From: Paraspadella gotoi | Taxonomy: Eukaryota; Animalia; Chaetognatha | Length of the DNA: 64,000 bases | Direction of reading: 5' to 3' | NCBI GenBank assembly: GCA_051294375.1 | Contig: CM119265.1 | Location: forward strand, 3,035,256 to 3,099,255 | In this document: positions 25,311 through 38,694 of the stretch, in pieces | How positions within the stretch are numbered: position 1 is the first letter of the stretch | Layout: each line of letters begins with the position of its first letter | Translations under genes and position numbers: made by a program | Notes under the pieces: generated by a model | What the model saw: the letters and a program-made list of their open reading frames with translations, nothing else | Databases searched by the model: none | What the model was told of the DNA's origin: nothing

Positions 25311-27648
25311 TACACACATTACAATAATTATGAAATAATAAAATGACGCACCTCATTAATCATATAATTATTATTTTTTCCTCAGAAATCGTCGCCAGCA
25401 CTCCCGAGGCAGAGGTTAAAGCCGAAGTCGAGCCCGAAATCAAAGCCGCTGTTACGGTGAGCCAGTTCTCTTCCCCTTCTTATTTCCCCTTCTCCTTATC
25501 TTTTCCTTTTTTCTTTATTCTAATTTTTTTGCTCTCTCACTCCCGAACTTGCGTGACTCATTGTGTTTTGAAAAAGATAAGAACTCGAAATCGGCTTCAG
25601 CCTAAAGTTTAAGCTTATAATAAACGAGGGGTGAGAACCTGGGATTTCGGACCGGAACACCGAAAAAAAAATGTTTCCCGCTTTTCCTTTCGTATAAATG
25701 TAGAGATTTTTGAAAGAAACTAGTAGAGGTTATAGAGAGTATACAGGGTTTGTCTCACGGAATTCTTTCACGGGGAGTCACTCTTCGGAAAGCAAAACAA
25801 ACGAGAGAGAAAAAGAAAGAAAGAAAGAAAAAGAAATCGCACCTTGTTTATCCGCTCGATCTTTGTCTGCGCATACATATGCAGGCCGGGCGATAAGCCG
25901 GTTACGAGCAAATATTTAACCGGGACCATGAGTCGTCGTCGTCGACCAAAATCTCGACGCGCCAAAAACATTGGGGTATCGAATCACGAAGGGGGGGGAT
26001 TAGTCTAGTCCCGCGGCGAAGGGCAAAACTCGGCAAATCTCGTTTCCTGGTGGCGAATCCAAGAGATCCATCTTGCATCTTTCCTTTCACCCCTTCCCTT
26101 TCACCCCTTCCCCCCCTATCTCCATCTTTCCTGGTGGCGAATCCAAGAGATCCATCTTTCCTTTCACCTCTTCCCCCTTTCCCCCCATCTCCATCTCACA
26201 TCTCTCTCTCGCGCGCGCTCGCCCGCTGCGAATAAAATACGAGCGATGAAAAAAAAAGGGGGGGAGAGAGTAGAAAATCCTGAGCTTTTTCTCTCCATTT
26301 GGGTCGCACCCTCTTTTTAAAACGCGTTGGGAGAGAAATCAATCCATTGCCAAATGCAATAAAAGGGAGAGAGTGGAAAAAAAATCGATATAAAAAAAAG
26401 CGGTAATCTCGAGCTCATGGATTCTCTCCCTCTCTCTCCCCAAATGTTAGCATTTAACTCTTGATGACTCATCGATCAGGATCCTCTCAACTTCTGATCG
26501 ATCATTGTTGGGCGGGAGAGGACGTCAGCCGAAATGGGACTCGTGTGTTCGAGCTCTAATTGCTTCTCGTTTTTATCACCTTAAATCGAGTTGTCACGTT
26601 ATCACCTTCTCTACTCGTTTAGCCTTTTTAAATCCACTTTACCTTCGATTTGGACTTTTTGAGGAATCTTTTCGTTCTTTTGTCTTTTGATCTTTATATA
26701 AATTTTCCTTTGTTGTTCCGATTTTCTTTTTTTAATTTCATTCCTTTTTCTTATTATTTACAGATAGATTATTCTTTTGCGATGTTCTCTATTTAATTAT
26801 AAATCACATTTCTTATCTATAGACGGAAGCTGAATCGAAACCCAGCGAAGAGACGCCGGCCGAAGCTGCCGCGGAAGAGGGCGCAGGCGAAGGTGCGGCC
26901 GCCGCAGTAGCCGAAGGGGAAGCCGCTCCCGAGGAGAAGAAACCGTCAGCTGCTGGTAAATCGCGAGAGTTTGAAGACGAAATTCACTATGATGAAAGCA
27001 TAAATTAAATAAATTTTATAGCGGTATTAAATAATTATACCCGGTCATCTTTCCAGCCAACTTCATGAAGAACATTGACATCCGCAAAAGTTTACGCAAT
27101 GCGAAGAAGACGCTGACCAAGCCTTTCAAGAATCTCCGACGAGCACCGGCCGCCGCTGATGCCGCGGACGCCGCCACCGACGCCGCGGCCGCCGTCGAGG
27201 GCGAGGCCTCCGCCGAAGCGCAGGAGGGCATCGTTGCGCAAGCCGCCGCCGCCGTCGAGACTGGTAAGGGTTTGGGATTAACCTTCAACGCAGTCGGTTT
27301 TGATTAAGTATGAATGGTTTTCTGGGATTCGAATCCATCGATTCGAATTCGATCCACAGACGTCCATGTTAGGGAGCGAAGTGAAGATGTGGCAAGTAAC
27401 CTAAATCGTGTCGCTAAGATTCTTTGCTTGGCAGAATGGATTGATCAAACGCAGCCATACGTTGATACCCAAGAATCAGCACTAGTAACTCGTGATGGAT
27501 ATATCTAAATAAGCAAAAACATTGAATAATGAATATTTAATGATGAATAAAGGTCTGAGGAATTTTCACGAAAGTTTCTCCCTGACCTCTACCCAAAACG
27601 AGGATTTTCGTCGACTCGTGACTCGTGCCTCTCGAAAAAACAAAACTG

Positions 27649-27732
<84 letters not shown>

Positions 27733-28174
27733 ACTTGAACTTGTGACTCCCTAGATATCGTTCGCGCGCGTGCACCGAGGAGATCCTCGACCCTCTCGAG
27801 GGCCAAGCTCGTTTGTTTACTGTCGCTAGGGGAAACGTAATCTCGAGGCAGTTTGTCGAATAGGGTTAGTTGTTGTCAGGAACTTCATCTGGGTCGTTTC
27901 CCCTCGTTTTGTCATTCGTCCCGAATACGAAACTCAACTTAACTTAACCATTTTCTTTTCGTTTTCTTTTACCTTTACTTGGATTATCCCTCTCCTTCCC
28001 TTTCCTCTACATTATACCCCCTGAGAGGAACCCCCCCCCCACGCCTCTTTCATGCTCGCCAAGAGAATAATGTTCATTGTCTCCGTTGAGAACTTTTTCG
28101 AGAACTACTTCTCGAATAAACAAGAGACTCGCTCGTTGGCCTCCGCTACTTATTTGGGTCGTCTCTCTCTCTCC

Positions 28175-28236
<62 letters not shown>

Positions 28237-28827
28237 TTCGAATTGTTCGATTTAACTGTTCGTTTTTAGAAGTTTTTCAAATATTTAGTTATCGTCTTTT
28301 ATCAACCCGTTATTACTTAAGTACACTTTTCCCATCGCTATCCTAATCTCCATCCAACCCAACTTCCCTTTCCCCCTTTTCGGAAATCGAACCAAACCGC
28401 CTGTTCCTCTTTTGGGACCCAAGCGGAGATAATTACTACCCCTAACTACTACCCCTAACTACTACCCCTAACTACTACCCCTAACCTTGACGGAAAAAAA
28501 AAAAGTTATGTCCCGACGCGGAAAAAAGAACAAACTTCGCCGCCTGTGAAGATTAATTTTCTTTTTTCTCCCTCTGACGAGAGTGGTATTTTTATAGCTT
28601 TTTGTATACAATCCGGTTAACCGAGGAAAAGAGGCTTTCTACATCTTTAGTAACAAGATCGACTTGACGTTAATATATACTCTTACATCCGTCTTAGTTT
28701 GACTTCGTTTTTAAAATTCCCGTTTCCTCAAAGATGCACTCTTGTCAATCGACGTAAGTTCCCTACTTTCTCATGTCTCTTCCCCTTAGAAGCGCTTTCT
28801 CTCTCTCTCTGTCTCTCTTTCTCTCTC

Positions 28828-28892
<65 letters not shown>

Positions 28893-30828
28893 CCTGTCGT
28901 CCTCTGAAATCCCCGAGAGACGCGCCCCCCTCCGGAGTTTCTTCGTCGTCGTCGGTGGCGGAATTTTTCTTCGTCGTTAATGTCGCCGACATCGGGACTA
29001 AAAAAATTGGTTTTCTAAAAGAGGAAGAATCTGCGAAGGCCAACGATTGTTGTGAAAAAAAGTTAATGATGTTTGGCAATCACATCTACAGATTCTCTCC
29101 CCTCGAATGCATTTCCTCACGTGAAGTTTCCTCTATGTAATAGGTATCCTTTTCCTTTCCTTCTATTTATCCATTTCATTTTCTTAATTTTGTAGTTTAT
29201 TCGCAAATATCATAGCGGAGAAAAATTGAGACGTTTAATACACAGTTATACGTAGTTAAACGAAACTGTCTTGTGAGAGAAAAGTGCTGACTAAGTAAAA
29301 GAATAGAGAGAGAGAAAGTTACCGGCAGAAACATGTGACCACTAAAGAAAGTGACCACTGGGCATTGACCCCGTGGCTTCGAATCCGTCGAATGACTCGC
29401 ACCCACAAACAATCTCATCCTTTTTCATTTCTTGGACTTGCAGGCGTCGACCAAGCCGCCGACGCCGCCATTGAAGTCGTCGCTACCAAAGTCGAAGAGG
29501 TGGTCGCCGCGGGCGCCGAAAAGGTCGAGGGCGCCGTCGCCGGTCTTTCTGGCGCCGCTTCCAACGTCGCCGACGACGCCGAGACGAAAGCCGCCGACGC
29601 CAAGGCCGAAGTCGAGGACGTCACCGCCAAAGTCGCCGAAGCCGCAGCCGACGTGAAAGTCGAAGTGGAGGTGAGAATCATGAGATTAGAAATTGTGAGG
29701 TCATGAATGTGACGATGAGTTAGAGATCGATGACATCATGCGGCAGAAGGCGTAAGGTTTAGTGGGAAAAAAGGTCATTTATAGAATGGGTACTGGTATT
29801 GTGTATTTAAAGTAAAGGAAACAAGACTTGTTAAATTTAGTTTCGGTAGATGAGGGGGCGGGGTGGAAAAAGTGGTTTTATCGCGACGGGTTAGCTTATT
29901 ATTCGGGGGACGATATTTTTAAAGCTGCGACGCATATTGGAAATTAACTGGTTAACGGGTTAAAAAATGGGTGAAAGGATTAAAAAAATGTTGGATGGTG
30001 GTTAATCGGAAAAACAAAACAAAAATTCTGCGTTTGTTTTTGAATTAACGGGCGAGAATCTGGAAAATAAACTGACGCCTCCTGGAATTATTTTTTTTGG
30101 GAGGGGGCGGGGGGGTTATGGCAGAGGCGGAGCCAAAATAAACACCGGGAATCGAGATTGAAAAAGTTGGAAAGTGTTTTTGACTTTGGGCCGAAGTTAA
30201 GGAGTTCCGGAATACGTGTAATACATGTAACGCGTGTGTGTTACGGATGTCGGTAGAATTCTGTCGTAACTATTAAAAATCAAGGCCGATTTATTTTTTT
30301 TTTAAATACGAGTTAATTACTATTCTCAATTTGCAATCAATATTATAAACCGAATAAATAAATCTTTTTTTTAGCGTAAGATTCTTAACTTCTATTTCCT
30401 GCTCCAAATATAGAATTTTTTCCTCGTTTTAGCGCGAATAAACTAATTGTTCCGAATTTTTTAGCTAATGTTTAAAGTGAGGAAATTTTCTTTCTGTCCA
30501 GGCGCCCGCCGTCGAAGTCGCGACCGAAGCCACGAATCAAGTGGAGATCGAAGTCCCCGCCCCCGCAGCCGAGGTCGAGGTCGTCACGGAAACGAGCGAA
30601 GCCGCAGAGGTGAGTCCATTATTGAAGTGATACTGTGATACTTAATAGGCCATGCCTTACACCGACCTCCGTTCACGTCAGGTCTGCGTCAACGGAGAGG
30701 AACCCGTCGTCAACGGCGTCGTCAACGGAGTCGCGGAGGTGGACGACATCGCCGAAGTTGCGGTCAAGACGGTAGAGAGCGTGGTGGAGGCGACGCCGGA
30801 ATCGGCCGTCGAGGCGGAGGCCAGCTAG
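24167..30828 (+). CDS. N-myristoylated Ala/Glu-rich disordered protein with a central basic segment (MARCKS/GAP43/BASP1-like architecture), 373 aa, 9 exons
   Basis: Exons 24167-24242, 24322-24383, 24463-24553, 25386-25456, 26823-26955, 27057-27263, 29444-29670, 30502-30609 and 30682-30828 join in phase (1122 nt). It starts MGSTLSTC (MGxxxS) and has the basic segment NFMKNIDIRKSLRNAKKTLTKPFKNLRR within acidic sequence. Confidence 0.85.
28435..28486. repeat. 13-bp tandem repeat x4 containing CCCTAA
   Basis: ACTACCCCTAACT repeated. Confidence 0.85.
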
Positions 30829-33024
30829 ACCCGAATTCCGCCCTCTTCTTTCTCATTCGCGCCCCCTTCATTCACCGTTTTAATGTAGACATTTATTTTA
30901 TCTTTTTTTTTATATATATATTTTCCCCGCGCGTTTTTCGAAAGCGACAGAAATATCGTTCAATAACATCGACTTTTTAAGAACAAAACTTGATTCCACC
31001 AACGAAAGAAAAAAAAATTGTTTTTTTTTCCTGATCCCTCTCGTCTTTAATGCCCACTATCTCCCCTCCCCCTCCCCCCCTCTTTCTTTTCCTTTCTTAT
31101 CCGTTTTTCTTTTCCGTTTCGTCGTCATTCATTTCACGTCTTACCTTTTCTTTTTTCTTTTTTTTTTTTGCAGCTTTCACTCATCCATCGTGGAAATAGC
31201 TCTTTCTCTTTTTCCCTCTTTCTGTCGTTTTTAGTCCCTATTTAGTCCAGTTAAGAAACCAAGAGTTATTAAAATAAAAAGTTTTTTAAATTCCCCCAAA
31301 AATAACGAGCCTAAGATTCTCTGGAGATCGTCTATCATCTTCCGTCAAGGTCCTCATTTTTGAATTTTTATTAAAAAAAAATATTTTTTTCCAAGTTCAA
31401 AATAAAATTTACTCAAAAACATGACATTACTATAAATTTAAAAGATTATAGATGGTAAGGGATGGAAAGATAGAGGGAGAGGAGAAAAAGAGTAGTTAAC
31501 GTCGTCCTTGAAAAAAAAAATTCCCAAAGCCTTAATTGTAATAGTAATTTTACTGACATTCCAATCACAGAACTGAAACGCTTCTTTCATTCAACTTTAT
31601 CGGTGCCAATTTAGTTTTTTAATCTCTCGTCTTCAAACCCCAGTTTCTCTCCTTTTTTTCCCCGTCGTCCTTCTCTCTTTTCCCATTCACTGTTGATATA
31701 AAAGTATTGCTGTCCGTATTCCTTTTTCGAAACATTTTACTAGATTTTTTCGAAATCAATATATTTTTTAATCTTTTTCCGACGTCGTGACTTCTGTAAA
31801 GATTCGTCCGCTTACTGGAAATAAAAAAGAATTAAAACTGCCATTAGAATATATCAATTTTATAATGTATATAAAAGTAAATCTTCACCAGTGAGCTCAT
31901 TAGGCTTTATCGATGTTTTTTCTTCCCTTCCATATTTTTTTTTTCTTGAATATTCAAGTTTTATCCAAAAAAAAGGGTTGTGGTGTAATTTTCTCCATTT
32001 TTAAAGCTGTAAATTATATGCCGTTCGCACTTTAGACGAGACAATCTGTGAAGCTGCGTCTTATCATTTCCCTTCTTTCATCTTGTTGAGACAGGCCGCG
32101 ATATAAAGAGTAAAACTTCTGATTGAATTTAAACATTTTAATTTTTATTGTTTTAATGTGAATATATCGCTTTTTGTCCTTCCCCAACAATTAAAACATT
32201 TTAACAAAATGGCTTTTTTTAAAATTTTTTAAAATTTTTCAAAATAAGCTTAATTTTATTTTATAATATATCCCCTCTTCCTAAAACGTTTTTAAAGAAG
32301 ATGCAAGCTTTAGTTTTTATTTGGATACAACTTTTGCTACTCGCAGCAGTAGTTTTTGAATTATGAAGCAGCAATGTGTACATATACTTTTTTTGTAATA
32401 ACGGATGTAGTATATACTCTGTTTCTCTTAAAATTGTCTTCCGTTTCTTTGCTTCCAACCGTTTTTAACCCAGGTATCATAAATCGTGGCAACAGTCAAT
32501 AAACACTGGAAATCTGTCCATTAGGACCCCAGCTAGTTAATGAGTTAATATTTATAGCTAATTTTAAGATTACATTTAATTCCCATTCCAAACAAGACAA
32601 ACGTAACAGTTACTAATAGTTAAAATACGATTTTAGGAGAGTTCCCTATGCCAATTTCACGTGACTAAGCCATTCTCCTTAACTTAGTCAAGAAGTGAAA
32701 ATTCTCCTCATTTTTTTCCCTCAACTTTCTTTCCACTTCGTCTCTCATGCGACTCGAGAGTCGAGACCATATAACTAAATTTAAACCATCATCATCATCA
32801 TCTTTTTTTCTGTCGTCGTCGTCGTCCTCTCATTCTCTGCACGAGCTGGCGTTAATCACCATTAGCGGCCATCGCAAAGGCCGTCAGCAACAGACGTGTT
32901 GTTCATTTGCTCTTTCTTTTTCCTCTTCTGTCTCCTTTAGTCACTCGCTCTCGCACATTCGCTGTCTCACGTTCACAAACGACCCCCCGCTCTCTCCCCC
33001 ACGACGAGAATTCTGGACGAAGAA

Positions 33025-33200
33025 TACGGATGACGTCACTCGTCGCCGCTCCTCGTCGCGAGGAGGGGGGAAAAGGAGTGCTGAACCGGCTCCCGATTCC
33101 TATTGGTCGAATGCCTCGCCAATCTGCTCCTCGAGAGCCGCTCATTGGTCGGGGGTCGTTTCCTCTGTAAAGATGTTTTCTCCGCTCATTGGTTGGATTG
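33025..33200 (+). promoter_or_regulatory. Putative profilin promoter with a CRE palindrome and clustered CCAAT boxes
   Basis: TGACGTCA at ~33031 and CCAAT/ATTGG at ~33102, 33119, 33144 and 33188, in a GC-richer patch upstream of the profilin 5' UTR. Confidence 0.5.
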
Positions 33201-34049
33201 AGATGGACTAATAGGAGAACCTCCGTGTCTCACACTCCCTCGAAAATTCCGTCTCTTTCTCTCTCTCTCTCTTCCTTGCGCCGCCGCGTCGCCCTACAGT
33301 TTCCTGATGCGCCATTCCAATTCCTCTGCACAGGAAAAAGCGGCTGCCAGCGGCGGCGTTTTCATCCCCCCCTTTCTGTCTCTCTCTCTCCGCTTTCCTG
33401 TCCTTCGCGTCTGACTCATTAATGGCGTCTTCCTCTCTCTCTCATTCTTCTCCCCTCCGTTGTCTCGCTCTCGCTCTCACGCGATCAATTCCATCTAAAA
33501 CCCCGATCTCCCTTCCGTTTTTTAAACAATCCCGGCTCAGTTAAACGACGCTTCTTTTTCACTTGACGCCGGGTTTTTTTCGACTCATCCTGTCCATATC
33601 ATCGAGCGCCACCTTCCACCTCCCTCCTTCGGTTCCGGGTTCCATCCACGCCCCCGGTCGCCGCGACCCACGTCTCGTGTCCCGTTTTCCAGAATCGTCC
33701 CTCGGTAAACGACGACGACGACGAATGCTCAGCCCGCGATGCTCTCGTCGCCGATGCCAGGGACGACGCCGAGGGCCGGTCCCGTGCTCTTTCGCCGAAT
33801 CCTTTTTATTGTAGTACCCTAAATATTGTGTCGGGGTTTTATATTTTGTAGCGCTTCTTCATAATATTCTGAAAAAAAACTTCAATTTTTCTCTCCTGTA
33901 TTTATCTCGTATTATTTAATTGTGCAATTGATATTTCCTTTTTGGCGGAGAATTCACCATTTCCTCCGATTCCCCAGATTGACAGATAATTTAAACTCTC
34001 GTCTCTTTTTGCGTCGTGACTCTGACGATCGACTCGGCCTGAATTCACC

Positions 34050-36714
34050 ATGAGCTCTTGGGACAGCTACGTCGACACCCTCAAGTCTTACTCGGCCTCC
34101 GAGGCCATCACTGAAGCCGTCATCGTCGGCAAGGACGGTTGTCAGCCTTGGACGGCGCTCACCAAAACCATCAACGTGAGTCCAACTAGTTTTCTATTCG
34201 TCGCCTGCTATGTTTCGAATGATTTTCTATTTTTGGCTTTAAATTAAAACGTGCTTTGATGATGATTTGATGATTAAGGGTTAGGGGTAAGGTTGGTTTA
34301 GGGGTGGTTTAAGGTTAGGGTTAAAAGGATTTAGTGTTAGGGTAATTAGTAGGCCGGAACAGGTTGAAAACTAGAAGTTCTCTCAAATAAATAATGATAA
34401 AGTGACTGTTAGAGAATATGAAAATAAAAATAATTTTAAAAAATTATCTTATTAATAACCGCACGGAAGCATTTAAAGTTAAAATTTTTTTTTGAATTTT
34501 TCAATTTTTTTTAATGGATTCTGATAGAGCTTTAAAAGTTAGATAAAGGTTATTAATACAAATTTTTAAAATTTTTTTGTTTTATTGATAAAAATTTTAA
34601 AAAACTAAAAAATTCAGCCAATGATGATGATGATGATGATTTTTTAACGTTTTTTCTGTTTTTAACCAATTTCTTGTCAAAATTTAAAAAAATTGTAGTA
34701 CTAACTTTCATTTAACTTTTCAAGCTCTATAGGAATCCGTTCTTAAAAACTAATTTTTTTTAAAAAAATTTTTGTCATTTGTTATATATTAATAAATATT
34801 TAAAAGCTTCAGTGCAACAACCCAATGAACTAATTCAAAAAGTTGCATTGAAAATCGATTTAGTAATAGAAGGAAAAAAGGAATTTTTTTGAGAGAATTA
34901 AAAGTTATAAAAAGTGTTCAATTTTGGCCCGCCTTAGTAATTAGGTAATCATTTTTATTTATTTTTTTAAAAGTATTTTTAAAGTTTTTCAATACATGCC
35001 AAAACCCCGGTTGGCGAAAGTAAAATTTAGACCATTTTATTCTAATTGACAGGATCATTCTCGCTGAAATATTGGTTTAATCAATTTGCACTGTCAAATG
35101 AAAATTATGTTAATGATTTCTTTCAATTTTATATTTGCCGACTGGGGTTTGGGGAGTGCTTTAGGTTTAGGGGTGGTGGGTTATGGGTGGTGAGGAGGTT
35201 TAAGGTTCGGGGAGCTCAGTAATAATTTTACCAAATTTTAATGATAATATTTTTTATACATTATTAATAAAAAGCGAAAATCCCAGTCGAAAATAAGATT
35301 TTACCAAAAAAGGTATGTTCGATTTATCACGCAATAGTAAAATTAGTAATATAAACGGTGAACAGTTTGGTGAAACAAAAATTCTTATGTAGTCCGGTTC
35401 AACTTGCCCGCATGTTGATGGGATTTAATCATATATTTAAAATGGTACGTTGGTTAATATTTTAGGGGTACGTCTTGCACTTTTCTTTTCGAAAAGTACC
35501 GTTTAGTGCTCACTATTTTCTCACCGACTCTTTCGGGTACGAATTTTTATGATAAAAATCCATAATTTGTTTTTGGGTTATTTAGCGTAGAATGATACAT
35601 ATTACATAGACGTATTACTTTTCATGGGAAAAGGTTTTTATCTTGCCAGACGTAGCAAGCAAAAAATTAAGATATGGCTTTTCATTATGGAGATCAATCA
35701 AAAATTTATTATCATTTGCTTTTAAGATTTTTTCATTAATTTTATTTGATAATAACGTCTGGCGAGATCACTATACTTTTAAGATTTTTATCAAATTATT
35801 TCTGGGTCATTAGTGAACATTTTCCACATTTCATTAACTTAAGTCCTCATTTTTTTCCTCTCAGCTTTCGGATGAAGAGAAGAAAAGCATCAGTAACATG
35901 ATCATGACGAAGAACCAACCCGGATGTGAGTTCATCCTCGTGATTCGAGTTTTATTCATTAAATTCTTCGATTAATCTTACCTTTTTATTCCCTTCAGCT
36001 ATCACCGTCGGCGGTGAAAAGTTTATGGTGTTGAGGATGGTCGACGATGACGACAGCTTACAAGTTTTTGGTAATTTAAAAGTTCAAGTTAACCTGATAT
36101 TTCCTATTAGCACATCTCACGCTAAATTAAGTAGTACAATATATTGTGAGACGTGCTAATTTAGCAGGATTTAGCGTGAGATGTGCGGTTTTGGCGGCTT
36201 TTGAAAAACTACTTAAAAATATTTATTTTTAAAAAAATTTTAAAAAATATTACTCAATTACACTAACCCTAAACCCTCTTAACCCTATCTACCCCTAACC
36301 ACCCTTAAACCACCCTTAACCATAACCCCTCCCTAACCCCGGTCGGCGAAAGTAAAAGTAACCCAGATGGAGTGAATGTACTAGAATTTTGAACGAGGTG
36401 TCAATTTTTTTCTGAATTTAGCGCTAATTTAGCCTAATTTAGCGTGGGACGTGCTTCAATAATTTGTTCATTTGTTCCCCACTTTCTTGCCGCCCCGGTT
36501 CCCGTTCCCTCCATCCTCGCCTCACCTTTCCTCACCTTTCCTCACCTTCCACCGCCCCGCAGCTCGAAAGAAGGGTGTGGGTTCGCTCTGCCTGACGACG
36601 ACGCTGCAGACGACGATCATCGCCTTCACGGAGGAGGACAAAGTCTCCTCGGCGGGAGAGGCCAACGAGGCCTCCAAGAAAATCGCCGTCTATCTCGCGG
36701 GGCTCGGCTTTTGA
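34050..36714 (+). CDS. PFN: Profilin, 4 coding exons (34050-34175, 35865-35925, 35999-36070, 36563-36714)
   Basis: MSSWDSYVDTL..AVIVGKDG..PW, ITVGGEKFMVLR, KKGVGSLCL..T.QTTIIAF and C-terminal KIAVYLAGLGF* match the profilin pattern, and splice phases are consistent. Confidence 0.93.
34275..36460. repeat. Profilin-intron repeats: degenerate TTAGGG tracts (34275-34345 +, 35145-35210 +, 36260-36340 -) linked to CCCCGGTYGGCGAAAGTAAAA, a degenerate foldback at ~34455-34815 and an inverted pair at ~36107-36460
   Basis: Telomere-like hexamers occur on both strands. The motif GGCGAAAGTAAAA is at ~35012, 36344 and 48313. TTAGCACATCTCACGCTAAA and TTAGCGTGRGAYGTGC are inverted copies. Confidence 0.55.
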
Positions 36715-38694
36715 ACGAATCCAGCGGGGGGAGTAGGGACTCTTCTTAAACTTACCCCCTCCACCCGGCCTCGTCGCTTGCGTTCCATCCTAAGTCCTCC
36801 CCCCCCCTCTCTCTTGACTCTCACCTGAGGAAAATGTAAAACCCAAAGAGACTCGGAATTGCGTTTGTGACTCAAAAACCATTATATTTTTTTTTTCCTT
36901 TTTAAATCTCGCCTGCCAACGAAGCCATTTCTCTTTTTTTTTCCGTTTCTTTATCGCCACATTGTAATATTAGGTCTACATCTTTTTTTTATTCGTTTTT
37001 ATCGCGTTTTTTTAATTTTTATTGCGTTTTATTATTTTCCAAAAAAGTTCTTCCGTTTTTTTTTTTAAATTCGAACTCCTCCCCACATCGGGTGCGGTTA
37101 AAATTTTACAATATATCATTAAATATAACCAGGAAGGAACATTGAACCTTCCCTGCCCGCCGTGGAGAATATTTAAAGAATAACAATCCAAACTTATAAC
37201 ACGGTCCCGCTCCCAGTTCCTCATGAGATTTAGTTCGCTTACATTGCCATTGATAATGATTTATTACGTCAGAAGGCCATTTTGGCCCGTAGATTCTTTT
37301 CGTTATTTTATTCTGCTATGTGGGAAAAACATTTTAGAGATTTGACTTTCAATTGTGAACACGAATATTGCGAGTGTATTTCTTTTAATGTAACCCCGCA
37401 CAAACTTGGTTTAGTAAGTAATTGATTAGTAAGAAAATCAGAAAATGCGGATTACCATGTGCAAACGCGGTTTTATCAATCAGTGCCATTATGGCTTTGT
37501 AAAAAAATTTGTTTCTAAATTTGTAATTTTTTTTTTTAAAATTGAAGTAAAATGTTTCAAAAATATAATTTTCCCTTTTTTTAAAGCTTTGCACAAGGAG
37601 CCAAGCTTGTTTTAAGGGCCCCACCAAGACTCGCTATGAGAAATAACTTCCTTCGCTTGAAATTAAGTTCTTTTTAGGCTCCACTAATGACTATTTCACA
37701 GTAATACGATGTTAGGTTTCGTTTGTTGCTTGTTAGCGAAATTACCCTTCCGGAAATGCAAATTATTCATTATTAAAACAAAATTGTCGCTTTTCGTCGT
37801 TAGTAAAACAAATTTGACTTGATTCAAATAATTAGTTATCTTAATAAGTGTTAAGACTCAAGACGTTTTAGCTAAATAGTTACGTATATTATTACGTGTA
37901 TTTGTCCTCGAAAAGGATTTTGCTAGTTTGCCATAATAGCTGTAATACTCTTTTATTTTAAAAAGCGTCCAGGCCTTACTCTTATATTACGAATATTACG
38001 AGGTTTTTAACTCCTTAATATTATATTTATAGGGAATTTGATAAGCTTTATGATTTTCTCTACAATTATCCGGTCGCCATTTTATTTGTCATTTTGTTCG
38101 CGAAAGAGTTGAGAGAAAAGTCTTCCCTTAGATCGAGAGAGCGAGTCCCCGATCCCCAGTCCCCACTATGGCGATGCCCTTGTATCCCTCGTCGCGGTCA
38201 CCTCCGTTCCCGTCGCGAGAGAGTAATGGTTCGCTCGCCTTACCCGTCTACTTCGCACCCAGCACCCATCGCTTCCGCGTTAATCGTGACTCGCCCGCCG
38301 CTCGTTGCGTTCCGAGTGAAAAAATCTCTTTTACCGTTGTCGCATCTCTCCCTTTTTTCGCAGAATCATAGGAGGTCGTCAGCCAGGCATCAAAACGAAA
38401 TTCCTCTTTGGCTCGGGCCTAAAAAAAAAGACGAAAATTCATTCCTTTATTCAAATTAATCCTCGCGCTCGTAAAATGATCACGGACACATTTTGATCTC
38501 TACTTATTCAAAGAAAATCCTGCCACCGGAAAACATAAAGAAAGAACAGTAGCGCTCGCGTAATTCGAGTATTCTTCTCTGTCTCTTACCCGTTTTGCCT
38601 TTCTTGCCGAAATCTTGTCTCGCTCTCTGTCTGAGCGTAGCTATCTCCCTCATAACTTAGTTCCCCTCATCCCCGTCTCGACAAAGAAACCCCT

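Larger units (their letters stand above)
11822..33270 (+). repeat. Numerous (CT)n microsatellites (e.g. 11826-11897, 13528-13562, 15819-15864, 15993-16033, 25255-25310, 27651-27730, 28161-28235, 28797-28890)
   Basis: Directly visible dinucleotide runs, almost all CT on the + strand. Confidence 0.95.

Noticed and set aside
34275-34345. True telomere or chromosome fusion site
   Set aside because: The repeats are short, degenerate and intronic within an intact gene.
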